The notes under the pieces are model-generated. The model was not told the DNA's origin. It made no database searches and saw nothing but the letters and a program-made list of their open reading frames with translations. From assembly GCA_022014155.1 (NCBI GenBank), contig JAKLLS010000003.1, positions 5 through 64,004 on the forward strand: a stretch of DNA of 64,000 bases, in the 5' to 3' direction. Origin of the DNA: Marinobacter sp. (GTDB lineage Bacteria > Pseudomonadota > Gammaproteobacteria > Pseudomonadales > Oleiphilaceae). A program made the translations under genes and the position numbers. Below are positions 62,082-64,000 of the stretch, in pieces. Every line of letters begins with the position of its first letter. Position 1 is the stretch's first letter.

Positions 62082-63956
62082 TCAGTTCCGGAAATGTTGT
62101 CGGATTTCTTCCAGAATTGCCGGGTCATCAATGGTGCTCGGGACCGAGTAGTCTTCGCCGTCTGCTATCTGGCGGATAACCCGTCGGAGTATTTTTCCGG
62201 AACGGGTTTTCGGCAGGCGCTCAACAACCATGGCCCGTCGGAAGCAGGCGATGGCGCCAATTTTTTCGCGCACCATATCCACCAATTCCTCCTCCAGCTC
62301 ATCGTGGTCAATGGTCGCTCCATCTTTGATGAGAACCAGGCCCACGGGGATCTGACCTTTCATTTCATCCTGGGCGCCAACCACACAACACTCGGCGATG
62401 GCAGGGTGAGAGGCAACCACTTCCTCCATTTCCCCGGTCGACAGGCGGTGGCCAGCGACGTTAATGACATCATCGGTCCGGCCCATGACAAACACGTAGC
62501 CGTCATCATCAATGAAACCACCATCTCCCGAGCTGTAGAAGCCTTTAATTGGATCGAGATAGGTTTTGCGGAAGCGCTCATCGTCGCCCCACACAGTCAT
62601 CATGCAGCCGGGGGGTAATGGGAGTTTGACTGCGATCTGTCCCTGTTCTTCCGCAGGCACCTGGTTGCCCTCCATGTCCACCACCTGGACATTGAAGCCG
62701 GGGGAAGGAACCGTGGCGGAGCCGGGCTTGGTGGCCATCATTTCGATGCCCACCGGGTTGCAGCAAATGGCCCAGCCGGTTTCGGTCTGCCACCAGTGGT
62801 CCAGCACAGGCAACCCGGTCTGTTCCCGCAGCCACTCGTAGGTTGCGGGGTCCAGGCGTTCGCCGGCCAGGAACAGCCTTTTCAGGGAGCTGATATCGTA
62901 CCGCGAGAGGTGGTCCGCTTCCGGGTCTTCCTTGCGCACCGCGCGAAAGGCCGTTGGCGCGGTAAACAGCATGTTGACCTTATGGTCCTGAACCACGCGC
63001 CAGAACGCCCCCGCATCCGGTGTCTTGACCGGTTTGCCCTCGTAAAGAATGGTTGTGCAGCCGGCAAACAGGGGGGCATAGACGATGTAGCTGTGGCCAA
63101 CGACCCAGCCTACGTCTGATGCGGCCCAGTAAACATCGCCGGGTTTGGCATCATAAACCAGTTTCATGCTGTAACGGAGTGCGACAGCGTGGCCGCCGTT
63201 GTCTCTCACCACGCCCTTGGGTTTGCCTGTGGTACCTGAGGTGTAAAGGATGTAAAGCGGATCGGTGGATTTGACCGGGACAGGCTCTACCGGCCGGGCG
63301 TTGGCTGTCAGCTCTGACCAGTCATAATCCCGTCCTTCCTGTAGGTGTGCTGTGACCTGGGGGCGCTGATACAGAATGCAGAAATCGGGTTTATGGGTGG
63401 CCTGGTCGATGGCTTTGTCCACTAGGGGTTTGTATTCAATGAGTTTCGTTACTTCAATGCCACAGGAAGCGCTAATGATGGCCTTGGGTTGGGCGTCGTC
63501 AATGCGTACCGCCAGTTCGTGGGCAGCAAACCCACCGAATACCACGGAGTGTATGGCCCCGATCCGGGCGCAACCCAGCATCGCGACAACCGCTTCCGGT
63601 ATCATCGGCATGTAGATGATAACGCGGTCACCCTTGGTAATTCCCCGGTCTCTCAGGGCCCCGGCAAACCTGGCGACTTCAGCGGTCAGTTCGTTATAGG
63701 TGTAGGATTTCTGGGTGTTGGTTACGGGCGAATCGTAGATGAGGGCAGTCTGATCTCCGCGGCCTGCACGGATGTTGGCGTCAAGCGCGACATCGCAGGT
63801 GTTGAGCTCGCCATCGGGAAACCACTCGCCATGACCATTATCGGTTGCCTGCCAGATGGTGTCGGGCGATTTGAACCAGTCAATATTCGCTGCCTGTTCC
63901 CGCCAGAACTCGTCAGGCCTGTCGATCGAGCGCCTGAATTCAGAGTTGTAGTCCAT
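62082..63956 (-). CDS. prpE: Propionyl-CoA synthetase-like acyl-CoA ligase
   Basis: YILYTSGTTGKPKG, SDVGWVVGHSY, DHWWQTETG, GRTDDVINVAGHRL, LPKTRSGKILR. Confidence 0.82.
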   Translation of the reverse strand: MDYNSEFRRSIDRPDEFWREQAANIDWFKSPDTIWQATDNGHGEWFPDGELNTCDVALDANIRAGRGDQTALIYDSPVTNTQKSYTYNELTAEVARFAGALRDRGITKGDRVIIYMPMIPEAVVAMLGCARIGAIHSVVFGGFAAHELAVRIDDAQPKAIISASCGIEVTKLIEYKPLVDKAIDQATHKPDFCILYQRPQVTAHLQEGRDYDWSELTANARPVEPVPVKSTDPLYILYTSGTTGKPKGVVRDNGGHAVALRYSMKLVYDAKPGDVYWAASDVGWVVGHSYIVYAPLFAGCTTILYEGKPVKTPDAGAFWRVVQDHKVNMLFTAPTAFRAVRKEDPEADHLSRYDISSLKRLFLAGERLDPATYEWLREQTGLPVLDHWWQTETGWAICCNPVGIEMMATKPGSATVPSPGFNVQVVDMEGNQVPAEEQGQIAVKLPLPPGCMMTVWGDDERFRKTYLDPIKGFYSSGDGGFIDDDGYVFVMGRTDDVINVAGHRLSTGEMEEVVASHPAIAECCVVGAQDEMKGQIPVGLVLIKDGATIDHDELEEELVDMVREKIGAIACFRRAMVVERLPKTRSGKILRRVIRQIADGEDYSVPSTIDDPAILEEIRQHFRN

Positions 63957-64000
63957 TCCATCTACCTCATGATCCTGTTGTTGTTTTAATGATGTTAACG

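Overview
A 64 kb stretch of core chromosome from a gammaproteobacterium. Protein sequences and gene order suggest Marinobacter or a close relative (inference). I see no tRNA, rRNA, CRISPR array, transposase, integrase or prophage gene, and no obvious pseudogenes. Contents in order: 3' part of ttcA; the complete cbb3 oxidase locus ccoNOQP-ccoGHIS plus a DsbD_2/TauE-type gene, with an FNR-like box upstream; an alpha/beta hydrolase; a 7TM-DISM diguanylate cyclase; rlmM, tusA, dsbD, epmC-rhlB-pdxB; the htpX/alaA/gpx-ospR/SagS-like kinase block; a LysR regulator; rluE-nudJ-mnmA-hflD-purB-roxA-GNAT; cspD; the N-degron cluster (clpS-clpA, infA, bpt/ate, aat, trxB); aguA-aguB-moxR; PilZ; lolC/E-lolD; comEC-exbBD-msbA-lpxK-ycaR-kdsB-ptp-murB; proS; TetR; lrp/leuA; a cspA-family gene; and a propionyl-CoA synthetase-like gene. 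The most unusual item is non-coding: a 105-bp element between trxB and aat. It has a perfect 26-bp inverted repeat enclosing two small hairpins that, on the transcribed strand, read as near-ideal CsrA/RsmA sites. Other leads are a MoxR ATPase lacking its usual partners and joined to agmatine catabolism genes, a GNAT-PLD-like fusion coupled to roxA, an orphan AdeT/DUF6091-like binding protein, and a perfect CpxR-type box between cspD and clpS. All family assignments come from recognising sequences by eye, not from database searches.
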